A stretch of 64,000 nt of DNA from Pseudolysinimonas sp. (lineage in GTDB: Bacteria > Actinomycetota > Actinomycetes > Actinomycetales > Microbacteriaceae), in assembly GCF_049651805.1 (NCBI RefSeq), contig NZ_JBASCU010000005.1, forward strand, positions 8,280 to 72,279, written 5' to 3'. How positions within the stretch are numbered: position 1 is the stretch's first letter; the number at the start of each line of letters is the position of its first letter. Below, one piece after another: positions 1-8,796 of this stretch. The translations under genes were made by a program, and so were the position numbers. The notes under the pieces were generated by a model. The model did not search any database and was not told the DNA's origin. It saw nothing but the letters and a program-made list of their open reading frames with translations.

Positions 1-197
1 CGTCGAGGGTCTCGTGGAGCGCCGAGATCGCGAGGGTCTCGTTGGCGAGTGCCTCCGCGACCCAGCACGCGCGCTGGAGCACGAGCAGTTCGGGTGCGTC
101 CCGGGCTTCGGCGCGTGCGATGCGCAAACCGGCAAGGCCGGTGGCGTCGATCGGTGTGCCGCTCACACCTCGACGCTACTCGCGTGGGCCCGACGAG

Positions 198-647
198 TCA
201 GAGCGCCTTCGCGTAACACCGCGAGAGCTCCGAGTCGGCGTAGTAGCCGAAGTTCGGGATGGGCGTGTAGCCCTCCCGCTCGTAGAACCGCATCGCGTCG
301 GGCTGCTCGTCGCCGGTCTCGAGCACGAGCCGATCCCATCCGCGCGACCGCGCCTCGACTTCGAGGTGCCGCAGGATCGCGCGCGCCACGCCGGTTCCCC
401 GGCGCTCGGGCACGACGTACATCCGCTTGATCTCGCCGTGTCGCTCGTCGAGCGTGCGCAGCCCGCCGCAGCCGACCGCCTCGGTGCCGTCGTAGGCGAC
501 GAAGAAGATCGACATGTCGTCGGCCGACGGCTTCGGCCCGGGCTCCGAGTCGAGACGCCCGTAACGTACCGCGAGTTCGGCCTGCTGGTCGGCGCGCAGG
601 CGGTCGCCGTCGGGGTGATCCCAGGAGACCTCACGCAGTTCGATCAA
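198..647 (-). CDS. GNAT family N-acetyltransferase
   Basis: Last 149 aa of ORF 198..1130(-) carry a GNAT core (IKRMYVVPERRGTGVARAIL, FYEREGY). The upstream part of that ORF overlaps purC and is discarded. TTG start chosen just downstream of the purC stop. Confidence 0.8.
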   Translation of the reverse strand: MIELREVSWDHPDGDRLRADQQAELAVRYGRLDSEPGPKPSADDMSIFFVAYDGTEAVGCGGLRTLDERHGEIKRMYVVPERRGTGVARAILRHLEVEARSRGWDRLVLETGDEQPDAMRFYEREGYTPIPNFGYYADSELSRCYAKAL

Positions 648-660
648 CCGCAGGTCTCGT

Positions 661-1548
661 TCACGCGTCGGATGCCATGAACCGGTCGACCAGCTCCTGG
701 TAGCGCACGGCGGTGCGCTCGACGATGTCGGTCGGCAGTTCCGGCGGTTCACCCGTGCGGTCCCAGTTCGCCGCGAGCCAGTCGCGCACGATCTGCTTGT
801 CGTAGGCCTCGAGGCGGTCCGGGCCGCCGGCGGCGTAGGTCTCGGCGTCCCAGTAGCGGCTCGAGTCGCTCGTGAGCACCTCGTCGGCGAGCACCGGGTG
901 ATCGACACCGGGGTCGCGGCCGAACTCGAACTTCGAGTCGGCCAGCAGGATGCCGCGCTGCTCGGCGACCGCGGATGCCGTGGCGAAGATGCGCAAGCTG
1001 GCCTCGCGCAGCCGTTCGGCATCCGCTGCCCCGACGATCTCGACCATCCGCTCGAAGGTGATGTTCTCGTCGTGTTGCCCCTGGGGGGCCTTGAAGGCGG
1101 GGGTGAAGATCGGCTCGGGCAGCTTGTCACCCTCGGACAGCCCGGGCGGCAGCGGGAGCCCGCAGACCGTCTGCGTGGCCCGGTATTCGGCCCAGCCGGA
1201 GCCGGCCAGGTAGCCGCGCACGACGCACTCGATCGGGTACATGTCGAGGGTGTGCACGATCATCGTGCGGCCCGCGAGCTCCGGCGGCAGGTGCGCGCCG
1301 AGCGACGGGTGCGCCGCCGCCAGGTGGGTGGGCTCGCCGAGACGGCCGAACCACCACAGGGAGAGCTGGGTGAGCAGGGCGCCCTTGCCCGGGATGCCGG
1401 GCGAGAGCACGTGATCGAAGGCGCTCACCCGGTCAGAGGTGACGACGAGCAGCCGGCCGGGATGCGCGGGCGACTCGTAGAGTTCGCGCACCTTGCCCGA
1501 GTAGAGGTGGTGCCAGCCGAGGGCTTCGAGGCGGGTGTCGATGGTCAT
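661..1548 (-). CDS. purC: phosphoribosylaminoimidazole-succinocarboxamide (SAICAR) synthase
   Basis: 295-aa ORF, N-terminus HLYSGKVRELYE and overall PurC-like sequence. 4-nt overlap with purD. Confidence 0.95.
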   Translation of the reverse strand: MTIDTRLEALGWHHLYSGKVRELYESPAHPGRLLVVTSDRVSAFDHVLSPGIPGKGALLTQLSLWWFGRLGEPTHLAAAHPSLGAHLPPELAGRTMIVHTLDMYPIECVVRGYLAGSGWAEYRATQTVCGLPLPPGLSEGDKLPEPIFTPAFKAPQGQHDENITFERMVEIVGAADAERLREASLRIFATASAVAEQRGILLADSKFEFGRDPGVDHPVLADEVLTSDSSRYWDAETYAAGGPDRLEAYDKQIVRDWLAANWDRTGEPPELPTDIVERTAVRYQELVDRFMASDA

Positions 1549-2807
1549 GAGACTCTCTCTGCGATGTCACGACGGTAGTGACCGCCTTCGAGGCCGATGC
1601 CCGCAAGCGCGCGGTAGACGGCATCCCGAGCTGTTCTGAAGTCTGTCGCCTTCGCGACGACGCCGAGCACCCGACCCCCGGTCGCGAGCAGCCGGTCGCC
1701 GTCGCGCAGCGTCGCGGCGTGGGCGATCGTCACGCCCGCGGGGAGTTCGGCGTCGACGCCGGTGAGCACCCGACCGGTGACAGGCGCGTCGGGGTATCCC
1801 TCGCTTGCCAGCACGACCACCACGGCGGCGTCGGGCGAGAATTCGGGGTCGGGCAGGTCGGCGAGGCCGCCGGTGGCCGCCGCGAGCAACAGCCCCGACA
1901 GCGGCGTCACCAGCCGCGGCAGCACGACCTGGGTCTCGGGGTCGCCGAACCGGGCGTTGAACTCGATGACGCGGATCCCTGCGTCGGTGAGCACGAGGCC
2001 GCAGTAGAGCAGTCCGACGAACGGGGTGCCCTCGGCTTCGAGCGCGCGCACCGTCGGCAGGGCGATCGTGCGGCGCACCTCGTCGACGAAGGCCGCCTCC
2101 GACCCGAACTTCTCGGCGAGCCACGGCAGCGGCGAGTAGGCGCCCATGCCACCAGTGTTCGGCCCGGCATCCCCGTCGCCGACGCGCTTGTAGTCCTGCG
2201 CGGGGCTGAGCGGCAGCACGTCGTGGCCGTCGGCGAGGAAGAACAGCGAGACTTCGGGGCCGCCGAGGTACTCCTCGACGAGCACTTCGCCCTGCTGGAG
2301 GTAGTACTTGGCGTGGGCGAGTGCGGCATCCCGGTCGTCGGTGACGATCACGCCCTTGCCGGCCGCGAGCCCGTCGGCTTTCACCACGTGAGGGGCACCC
2401 AGGTCGTCGAGCGCGGCGGCAACCTCGTCGAGCGTCGCAGCATGCACCGCGCGCCCGGTCGGAACGTTCGCGACATCCATGATGCGTTTCGCGAAGGTCT
2501 TCGAGCCTTCGAGCGCCGCAGCAGCCTTGTTCGGACCGAACACCGGGATGCGGCGCTTGCGCACCGCATCAGCCACACCGGCGACGAGGGGGGCCTCGGG
2601 GCCGATCACGACGAGGTCGAACGCATTGTCGGCCGCGTACCCGGCGACAAGCCGCGCGTCGGAGGCGTCGAGCGCCACGACCTCGACCTCGGCCGCGATA
2701 CCGGCGTTGCCGGGGGCGGTCACGATCGTGTGGCCGGCGCCCTCGGCGAGCAGGGCGGTGACGATCGCGTGTTCGCGAGCGCCGGAGCCGAGAACCAGGA
2801 TGCGCAC
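1545..2807 (-). CDS. purD: phosphoribosylamine--glycine ligase
   Basis: 420-aa ORF starting MRILVLGSGAREHAI, ATP-grasp PurD pattern throughout. Confidence 0.95.
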   Translation of the reverse strand: MRILVLGSGAREHAIVTALLAEGAGHTIVTAPGNAGIAAEVEVVALDASDARLVAGYAADNAFDLVVIGPEAPLVAGVADAVRKRRIPVFGPNKAAAALEGSKTFAKRIMDVANVPTGRAVHAATLDEVAAALDDLGAPHVVKADGLAAGKGVIVTDDRDAALAHAKYYLQQGEVLVEEYLGGPEVSLFFLADGHDVLPLSPAQDYKRVGDGDAGPNTGGMGAYSPLPWLAEKFGSEAAFVDEVRRTIALPTVRALEAEGTPFVGLLYCGLVLTDAGIRVIEFNARFGDPETQVVLPRLVTPLSGLLLAAATGGLADLPDPEFSPDAAVVVVLASEGYPDAPVTGRVLTGVDAELPAGVTIAHAATLRDGDRLLATGGRVLGVVAKATDFRTARDAVYRALAGIGLEGGHYRRDIAERVS

Positions 2808-2837
2808 CCTCCGAGAGTACCGAGGCAGGATGGACCC

Positions 2838-3566
2838 ATGCGCCGCACCCTTGTCCTACTGCTCGCCGCCGGGCTGCTGGCCGCGGCGCCGGCCGGTGCG
2901 GCATCCGCGCAGGCTCCGGGCTGCGAGGTCGCGTCGGGTGTGTTGTCGTGGGGGTTCAAGGAGTCGTTCCGCGCCTACATCGACGGGTCGATCGCGAACG
3001 GCGAGTGGACGGTCGCCGACGGCGCGACCTACGACACCCCGACGTTCGCGTTTCCCGCCGAGAAGGGCCGCGTCGACCCGCGTGACCCGAACGGCTCCGT
3101 CTCGTTCGCCGGGTCGGTGCGCTTCACCGGGCACGGCGGCATCCTCGACACCACCGTCGCCAACCCGGTGCTCGTCGTGCGACCCGACGGCACCGGCATC
3201 CTGCTGCTCGACGTCAGCGGACCCACGATGGAGGGCGACGAGGTCACGGTGACCGAAGCCGAGTTCCTCGACGTCGACCTCACCGGGCAGAACCTCACGC
3301 CCGTCGACGGGGTGATCACGATCGACGCCGCGCCGACGACGCTGACCGAGGACGGCGCGGTGGCGTTCCCCAACTACGAGGCCGGGTCGGAGTTCGACCC
3401 CCTCACCGTCACCCTCGACGTCGGCGACTGCGATCTCACCGGGCAGCCGATCGGCACCGACACCGTCGCGGACGGTGGCATCCCGCCGTACGTCTTCTAC
3501 ATCGGCGCGGGGGCGGTCGGCCTCGGGTTGATCGCCGGCGCTCTCATCTGGCGGCGACGGCGGTGA
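2838..3566 (+). CDS. HtaA-domain (putative haem-binding) surface protein with C-terminal membrane anchor
   Basis: Internal ATG of ORF 1578..3566. Signal peptide MRRTLVLLLAAGLLAAAPAGAASA, HtaA-like motif GVLSWGFKESFRAYI, C-terminal TM helix followed by RRRR. Confidence 0.65.
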   Translation: MRRTLVLLLAAGLLAAAPAGAASAQAPGCEVASGVLSWGFKESFRAYIDGSIANGEWTVADGATYDTPTFAFPAEKGRVDPRDPNGSVSFAGSVRFTGHGGILDTTVANPVLVVRPDGTGILLLDVSGPTMEGDEVTVTEAEFLDVDLTGQNLTPVDGVITIDAAPTTLTEDGAVAFPNYEAGSEFDPLTVTLDVGDCDLTGQPIGTDTVADGGIPPYVFYIGAGAVGLGLIAGALIWRRRR

Positions 3567-3937
3567 GCGTGCGCCGCCGCATCGCGGCTGTCGACGGGGT
3601 TCCGGCGGTGCGGGCGATTCTCGCGGGCGCCGACGATCGTACGGCGATCGCGCTCGCCACGCGCTACCTGCTCGAACAGCTCGCCGACGAGGCAGAGGGC
3701 CACACCGTCGAGGTGCGGGTGCCGCCGTTCGGGGCGGTGCAGGCGATCCCGGGGCCGCGGCACACCCGCGGCACCCCGCCGAACGTCGTCGAGATGGATG
3801 CGGCCACCTGGATCGCGCTCGCCACCGGCGCTCTCGCCTGGGATGCCGCCCTCGCCGAGCTGCGCGTCACGGCATCCGGTCAGCGGGCGACCCTCGCCGA
3901 GCATCTTCCGCTCACGTGGGAGACAATGGAGCCGTGA
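3563..3937 (+). CDS. sterol-carrier (SCP2-like) family protein
   Basis: 124-aa ORF, GTGA overlap with the HtaA stop. Resembles actinobacterial proteins annotated as sterol carrier family; this is recollection only. Confidence 0.5.
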   Translation: MSVRRRIAAVDGVPAVRAILAGADDRTAIALATRYLLEQLADEAEGHTVEVRVPPFGAVQAIPGPRHTRGTPPNVVEMDAATWIALATGALAWDAALAELRVTASGQRATLAEHLPLTWETMEP

Positions 3938-4212
3938 GCGAATCCGAGGTCAGCATCCGTCGTGCCCCGCGGATCGGCGTCTTCCTGATCTTCGGGGCCA
4001 TGGTGGGCGCTCTCGTCACGCTGATCCTGACGAGCCTGTTCGAGCCCGACCCAGCCGTCGGTTTCGTCGCGTCCTTCGCCTACTTCTCCCTCTACGGCAT
4101 CCCGGCCGGCGTCGTGCTCGGCGGCTTGGTCGCGCTCATCCTCGACCGCGTCTCGACCCGGCGCGCCCGTACCGTCACGGTCGCGCGCGACGAGATCACC
4201 GACGGCGACTAG
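3934..4212 (+). CDS. small two-TM membrane protein, function unknown
   Basis: GTG at 3934 overlaps the upstream stop (GTGA), in frame with ORF 3916..4212. Two hydrophobic helices. Confidence 0.5.
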   Translation: MSESEVSIRRAPRIGVFLIFGAMVGALVTLILTSLFEPDPAVGFVASFAYFSLYGIPAGVVLGGLVALILDRVSTRRARTVTVARDEITDGD

Positions 4213-4224
4213 CCCGCTCGCGAG

Positions 4225-5682
4225 TCAGGAGGCCTGGTTCGACTCGACCCAGGCGAGGTACTCGGGGGTTACCGTGCCGGTGACGTAGTCGCCGGTGAAA
4301 CACGACGCCTCGAGGCCCTGGATCTCGGACCCTTCGAGGATGGCCGCCTGCATGTCGGCGACCTCCTGGTAGATCAGGTAGTCGGTGCCGAGGGCCGTTG
4401 CGATCTCGGGGATCTTCTTGCCCGCCGCGATGAGCTCGGCGCGGCTCGGCATGTTGATGCCGTAGACGTGCGGGTAGCGCACCGGCGGCGCCGCCGAGGT
4501 GAACGTCACCGAGTTGGCGCCGGCCTGGCGGGCCATGTCGACGATCTCCTGCGAGGTCGTGCCGCGCACGATCGAGTCGTCGACGATGAGCACGTTCTTG
4601 CCCTTGAACTCGCTCGACATCGCGTTGAGCTTCTGCTTGACGCTGCGTCGGCGCTGCTCCTGCCCGGGCATGATGAAGGTGCGGCCGACGTAGCGGTTCT
4701 TGTAGAACCCCTCGCGGTACGGGATGCCCAGCTTCTGCGCCACCTGCATCGCCGCCGGGCGCGACGAGTCGGGAATCGGCATGACGACGTCGATCGCCCC
4801 CGACGGGGTGTATCGCTCGATCGTGTCGGCGAGCCGGTCGCCGAGCCGCAGCCGGGCCTCGTATACCGAGATGCCGTTCATAATCGAGTCGGGTCGCGCA
4901 AGGTAGACGTACTCGAACGCGCACGGGATGAGCACCGGGTTCTTGGCGCACTGGCGGCTGAACATCTCGCCCTCGCGGGTGATGAAGATCGCCTCGCCCG
5001 GCTCGACGTCGCGCACCAGCTCGTAGCCGTCGGATTCGAGCACGAGCGACTCGCTCGCCACGATCCACTCGGTGCCGACCAGTCCGGTCACCTTCTTGCC
5101 GAGCACCAGCGGACGGATGCCGAATGGATCGCGGAAGGCCAGCATCCCGTGCCCGGCGACCAGGGCGATTGCCGCGTACGAGCCCTCGACCCGCTCGTGC
5201 AGCCGGGCGATCGCGTCGAACACCTGGTCGGGGTCGAGCGTCGTGCCGCGCACCTGCTGCTGCAGTTCGTGGGCGAAGACGTTGACGAGGATCTCGGTGT
5301 CGGAGTCGGTGTTCAGGTGCCGCCGATCGACGCTGAACAGCTCCTGCGAGAGCTCGCGGGTGTTCGTGAGGTTGCCGTTGTGCACGAGCACGATGCCGTA
5401 GGGCGCGTTCACGTAGAACGGCTGCGACTCCTGCTCCTTGTTGGCGTCGCCGCGCGTCGTGTAGCGCACGTGCCCGAGGCCCATCGTGCCGAGCAGGCTG
5501 CGCATGTCGCGGGTGCGGTACGCCTCGCGCACCTGGCCGCGGGCGCGCTGCAGGTGGATGATGCTGCCGTCGGCCGTCGCGATGCCCGTGGAATCCTGCC
5601 CACGGTGCTGCAGCAGACCGAGGGCGTCGTAGACCTGTTGGTTGACCGGGTTCGACGAGACGATGCCGACGATGCCGCACAT
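4225..5682 (-). CDS. purF: amidophosphoribosyltransferase
   Basis: 485-aa ORF starting MCGIVGIV (N-terminal Cys nucleophile), PRTase motif VLIVDDSIVRGTT. Confidence 0.95.
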   Translation of the reverse strand: MCGIVGIVSSNPVNQQVYDALGLLQHRGQDSTGIATADGSIIHLQRARGQVREAYRTRDMRSLLGTMGLGHVRYTTRGDANKEQESQPFYVNAPYGIVLVHNGNLTNTRELSQELFSVDRRHLNTDSDTEILVNVFAHELQQQVRGTTLDPDQVFDAIARLHERVEGSYAAIALVAGHGMLAFRDPFGIRPLVLGKKVTGLVGTEWIVASESLVLESDGYELVRDVEPGEAIFITREGEMFSRQCAKNPVLIPCAFEYVYLARPDSIMNGISVYEARLRLGDRLADTIERYTPSGAIDVVMPIPDSSRPAAMQVAQKLGIPYREGFYKNRYVGRTFIMPGQEQRRRSVKQKLNAMSSEFKGKNVLIVDDSIVRGTTSQEIVDMARQAGANSVTFTSAAPPVRYPHVYGINMPSRAELIAAGKKIPEIATALGTDYLIYQEVADMQAAILEGSEIQGLEASCFTGDYVTGTVTPEYLAWVESNQAS

Positions 5683-5773
5683 GGTTTGCGGTGACTCCCG
5701 GAGAGGTTGCGCGAAGTACCGGGCAGGTACGCCTTAGTGTCCCACAGGTGAACGGATGGCGTCGGGCTCGGGT

Positions 5774-6169
5774 TCAGCCGCGAGTCTGGTCGAGCATCGG
5801 GAGCACCTCGGCGATGCGCTCGAAGTCGGCGTCGCTGTGCAGCACCGTCGCGTCGGCGCGAATCGCGATGCCGGCGATCAGGCAATCGAGGAACGACCGC
5901 ACCGTCAGGCCGTTGCGGCGGGTCATCCGGCCGATGGTGGCCGCGGTCTCCCAGTCCTCGCGCTGCGTCGGGATCATCGGGAAGCCGGCGAGAGTGCGTT
6001 CGAGCCGCGCCTGGTTCCGGTCGTCGCGGGCTCCGCGGAGCAGCTCCGCCCAGACGGGTTCGCAGAGTACGGCGATGCCCTGGCGGATCGCCGCTCGAAG
6101 TGCGGGGCGCGCCGGACTGTCGCGTTCCCGCAGGTAGTCGATCCAAGCCGACGAGTCGGGCAGGATCAC
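5774..6169 (-). CDS. vapC: type II toxin VapC (PIN-domain ribonuclease)
   Basis: GTG start overlaps the antitoxin stop (GTGA). VILPDSSAWIDYL N-terminus and acidic PIN residues; about 131 aa. Confidence 0.85.
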   Translation of the reverse strand: MILPDSSAWIDYLRERDSPARPALRAAIRQGIAVLCEPVWAELLRGARDDRNQARLERTLAGFPMIPTQREDWETAATIGRMTRRNGLTVRSFLDCLIAGIAIRADATVLHSDADFERIAEVLPMLDQTRG

Positions 6170-6381
6170 CAGGCGCTCATGTCCTCCGCCGGCCGCAGCT
6201 CCTCGATGGTGGGGAAATCGGGCATGCTGCCTTCCATCGCGAGGACTTCCTCGGTCGAGTACGGGATGATCGCGGCCCTCCGCAGCGCGTAGTTCACCGC
6301 ATCGCGCTTCGTCGTGAACCCCTTCTGCCGCATAACGAGGGCACACGCCTCCTCGTCGATGTCGATGTTCGTGCGAGCCAT
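6166..6381 (-). CDS. vapB: type II antitoxin VapB
   Basis: 71-aa product MARTNIDIDEEACALVMRQKGFTTKRDAVNYALRR, typical VapB N-terminus. Lies immediately upstream of vapC. Confidence 0.8.
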   Translation of the reverse strand: MARTNIDIDEEACALVMRQKGFTTKRDAVNYALRRAAIIPYSTEEVLAMEGSMPDFPTIEELRPAEDMSAW

Positions 6382-6408
6382 ACACCGAGGATACACCTCG
6401 AGTACACC
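6381..6408. promoter_or_regulatory. three TACACC (GGTGTA on the vapB strand) direct repeats at 11-bp spacing; candidate VapB(C) operator
   Basis: TACACC at 6381, 6392 and 6403, the first overlapping the vapB start codon. Lies in the vapB/purM divergent region. Confidence 0.4.
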
Positions 6409-6454
6409 AGGTGCGGCGGACTGTCGCATCCGCACCTCCCGATACCCTGATTCC

Positions 6455-7564
6455 GTGGCCACCACGACTTCGAGCGACCCGTATGCCGACGCGGGGGTCG
6501 ACACCACCGCCGGAGACCTCGCGGTCGAGCTGATGAAGTCGGCGGTCAGCCGCACCCACGGCGCCGACGTGCTCGGCGGGTTCGGCGGTTTCGCTGGACT
6601 GTACGACGTCTCAGCGCTGCGGTCGTTCACGCGGCCGCTGCTCGCGACCAGCACCGACGGCGTCGGCACCAAGGTCGCGATCGCCCAGGCGCTCGACATC
6701 CACGACACGATCGGGCAGGACCTCGTCGGCATGGTCGTCGACGACATCGTCGTGGTCGGCGCGAAGCCGCTGTTCATGACCGACTACATCGCGTGCGGCA
6801 AGGTCGTGCCGGAGCGCATCGCGGCGATCGTGACCGGCATCGCCAACGCCTGCGCAGCGACGGGCACCGCTTTAGTCGGCGGCGAGACCGCGGAGCATCC
6901 CGGGCTGCTCGGTGAGCACGACTACGACGTCGCCGGCGCAGCGGTCGGCGCGGTCGAGGCGGATGCCGTGCTCGGCCCCGACAAGGTGCGGCACGGTGAC
7001 GTGGTGGTCGCGATCTCGTCGAGCGGGCTGCACAGCAACGGCTTCTCGCTCGTGCGGCACATCCTTCAGCGGCGCGGCGTCGCGTTCACCGACGACGTAC
7101 CCGAGTTCGGCGGCACCGTCGGCACGGCGCTGCTCGAGCCGACCCGCCTCTACACGACGCCTCTGCTGCGGGTCATCGATGAGGCACCGGATGCCGTCCA
7201 CGCGCTGTCGCACGTCACCGGCGGCGGTATCGCGGCGAACCTCGCGCGGGTCCTGCCGACGGGAGCCTGGGTCGAGGTCGACCGGTCGTCGTGGAGCCCG
7301 CAGCCGGTGTTCCGCATCCTCGCCGACTGGGGCGGGCTCGCACTCGAAGCCACCGAAGGTACCTGGAATCTCGGCGTCGGCTTCTTCGCCGTCGTGGCCC
7401 AGGATGCGGCATCCACCGTCACCCATGCCCTCACCGCCGCCGGCCTGCCCGCCTGGGTCGTCGGACGGGTCACCGTCGGCACGCACGACCTCGACGGCTT
7501 CGTGCAGGGTGCCAAGGGCATCGACGGCGGAGCCGTGCGCCTCGTCGGTTCCTACGCCGGGTAG
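6455..7564 (+). CDS. purM: phosphoribosylformylglycinamidine cyclo-ligase (AIR synthetase)
   Basis: GTG at 6455 in frame with ORF 6314..7564. DPYADAGVDTTAGD, ATSTDGVGTK and FMTDYIACGK motifs. Confidence 0.93.
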   Translation: MATTTSSDPYADAGVDTTAGDLAVELMKSAVSRTHGADVLGGFGGFAGLYDVSALRSFTRPLLATSTDGVGTKVAIAQALDIHDTIGQDLVGMVVDDIVVVGAKPLFMTDYIACGKVVPERIAAIVTGIANACAATGTALVGGETAEHPGLLGEHDYDVAGAAVGAVEADAVLGPDKVRHGDVVVAISSSGLHSNGFSLVRHILQRRGVAFTDDVPEFGGTVGTALLEPTRLYTTPLLRVIDEAPDAVHALSHVTGGGIAANLARVLPTGAWVEVDRSSWSPQPVFRILADWGGLALEATEGTWNLGVGFFAVVAQDAASTVTHALTAAGLPAWVVGRVTVGTHDLDGFVQGAKGIDGGAVRLVGSYAG

Positions 7565-7711
7565 AGAGCTACTTAGAAATGCCCGAGGGTCCGCGCGGCG
7601 GGGGCGGGGCGGTCGCAGGACCGCTCGGCTGACTGCCGCGATTATCGATTGGGCGCACGACTGGGGTCTGCGGAACCGCGCCCTCGCCCAAGCGCCGCAG
7701 GCTTGATGTCG

Positions 7712-8416
7712 TCATGGCTTCTCGACTCCTCTCTCCAAAGGAAACGGCGACGTAATCCATTCCACTACATCTTCGTCGCCGATGGCCAGCCAAACGCCTG
7801 ATGAGCCATCAACCGCCTCCCCGAAGCTTCCATCACCCTTCATTCGGTATTGCTGCTCGATGTAGAGGTCGCGGGCTTGCGGGTACGTGCTCACAAAGGA
7901 ACTCGAGCTGTACCAGCCTCCGATCCACTTTCCGTCCGCTAGTCGCACCCGAACAAACGTGCCTCCTAGCCCTGGTGCGGCACGATCCCAGGCTGTCGGA
8001 AAATTCCGGTACCCGCCGCGCCGAACCGGGCGATGAACCCAACGTGGCACCCAGCGAACCCGGACCGGTCGCCAGTCGAACCGGTAGTGGATGACAAAGC
8101 TGACGAACGCCGGCACGGCGAACCCCAACACGAGAACCACGATTCCGAGGACGTACGGCTCACGCGGCAGGAGGGCGCTCGGGTCGCCGTTGAGACGCGA
8201 CAGGTCGACGCGCGGATCGAGCAACCCCAACGCGATCAGATAGAGCGCGTCGAATATGACGCTCGTGATCACGGCACTCGCTACGCGTGAACTCAGCTGC
8301 GTGTCGTGGGAGCCGCTCGGCCCTCGGAAAGTCGCGCGGACCATGCCATAGACAAAGCCAGGGATCACCAGAACGATGGTCAGAAGCGCGCTCGCAATAT
8401 CGGTAGGAACCAGCAC
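7712..8416 (-). CDS. DUF6338-like membrane protein (N-terminal TM helices, C-terminal soluble domain)
   Basis: 234-aa ORF in a visibly AT-richer stretch. The DUF6338 assignment is from recollection of the N-terminal pattern LLTIVLVIPGFVY. Confidence 0.55.
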   Translation of the reverse strand: MLVPTDIASALLTIVLVIPGFVYGMVRATFRGPSGSHDTQLSSRVASAVITSVIFDALYLIALGLLDPRVDLSRLNGDPSALLPREPYVLGIVVLVLGFAVPAFVSFVIHYRFDWRPVRVRWVPRWVHRPVRRGGYRNFPTAWDRAAPGLGGTFVRVRLADGKWIGGWYSSSSFVSTYPQARDLYIEQQYRMKGDGSFGEAVDGSSGVWLAIGDEDVVEWITSPFPLERGVEKP

Positions 8417-8472
8417 GCGACGAACTTAACAGCCGCTGCTGTCACGCGACGCGCGGTGTGCACAAACCGCGA

Positions 8473-8682
8473 CTAAGCGGTCTTCGACTCCGGCGCGTCG
8501 AGCTCGTCGCCGTCGGTCTCGACGTCGTCGACGATGTAGTCGGCCCACTTCTCGAGGTCTTCTTCGAGGCGGGGGTTGCCGCCGAGCTCTTGCTGAAGAG
8601 CGTTGTAGTTCGTGTCAGGACTGAAGTATTTGAGGTCCCGCGCCACCTTGGTGTGCTTCGCCTTTTGACGGCCGCGCCCCAT
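8473..8682 (-). CDS. DUF3073 family protein
   Basis: 69-aa product MGRGRQKAKHTKVARDLKYFSP with an acidic tail. Conserved small actinobacterial protein normally found next to purM. Confidence 0.75.
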   Translation of the reverse strand: MGRGRQKAKHTKVARDLKYFSPDTNYNALQQELGGNPRLEEDLEKWADYIVDDVETDGDELDAPESKTA

Positions 8683-8796
8683 GCGTGACCCCCTCGATCT
8701 CAGGTTGCGAATTGGGTGAAAGACTGTCGGGAAGTGTAACACGCACGCCCTGTACGCCACTCGGGGGCGGCGCGCCCGACAGGTAACGTTGACCGG

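Noticed and set aside
1578-2837. N-terminal 420 aa of the 662-aa ORF 1578..3566(+).
   Set aside because: This part is antisense to purD and has low-complexity composition. A proper signal peptide begins at the internal ATG at 2838.
5683-5773. ZTP or purine-type riboswitch in front of purF; I also looked at 6382-6454 before purM.
   Set aside because: No CCGCCUGGGC-type pseudoknot element or purine-aptamer junction motif is visible, and both regions are short.
7600-7640. G-rich run GGCGGGGGCGGGGCGG within a GGTCC...GGACC hairpin after purM, considered as a G-quadruplex or special element.
   Set aside because: It is most simply a GC-rich terminator hairpin for purM. G-runs of this kind are common in this composition.
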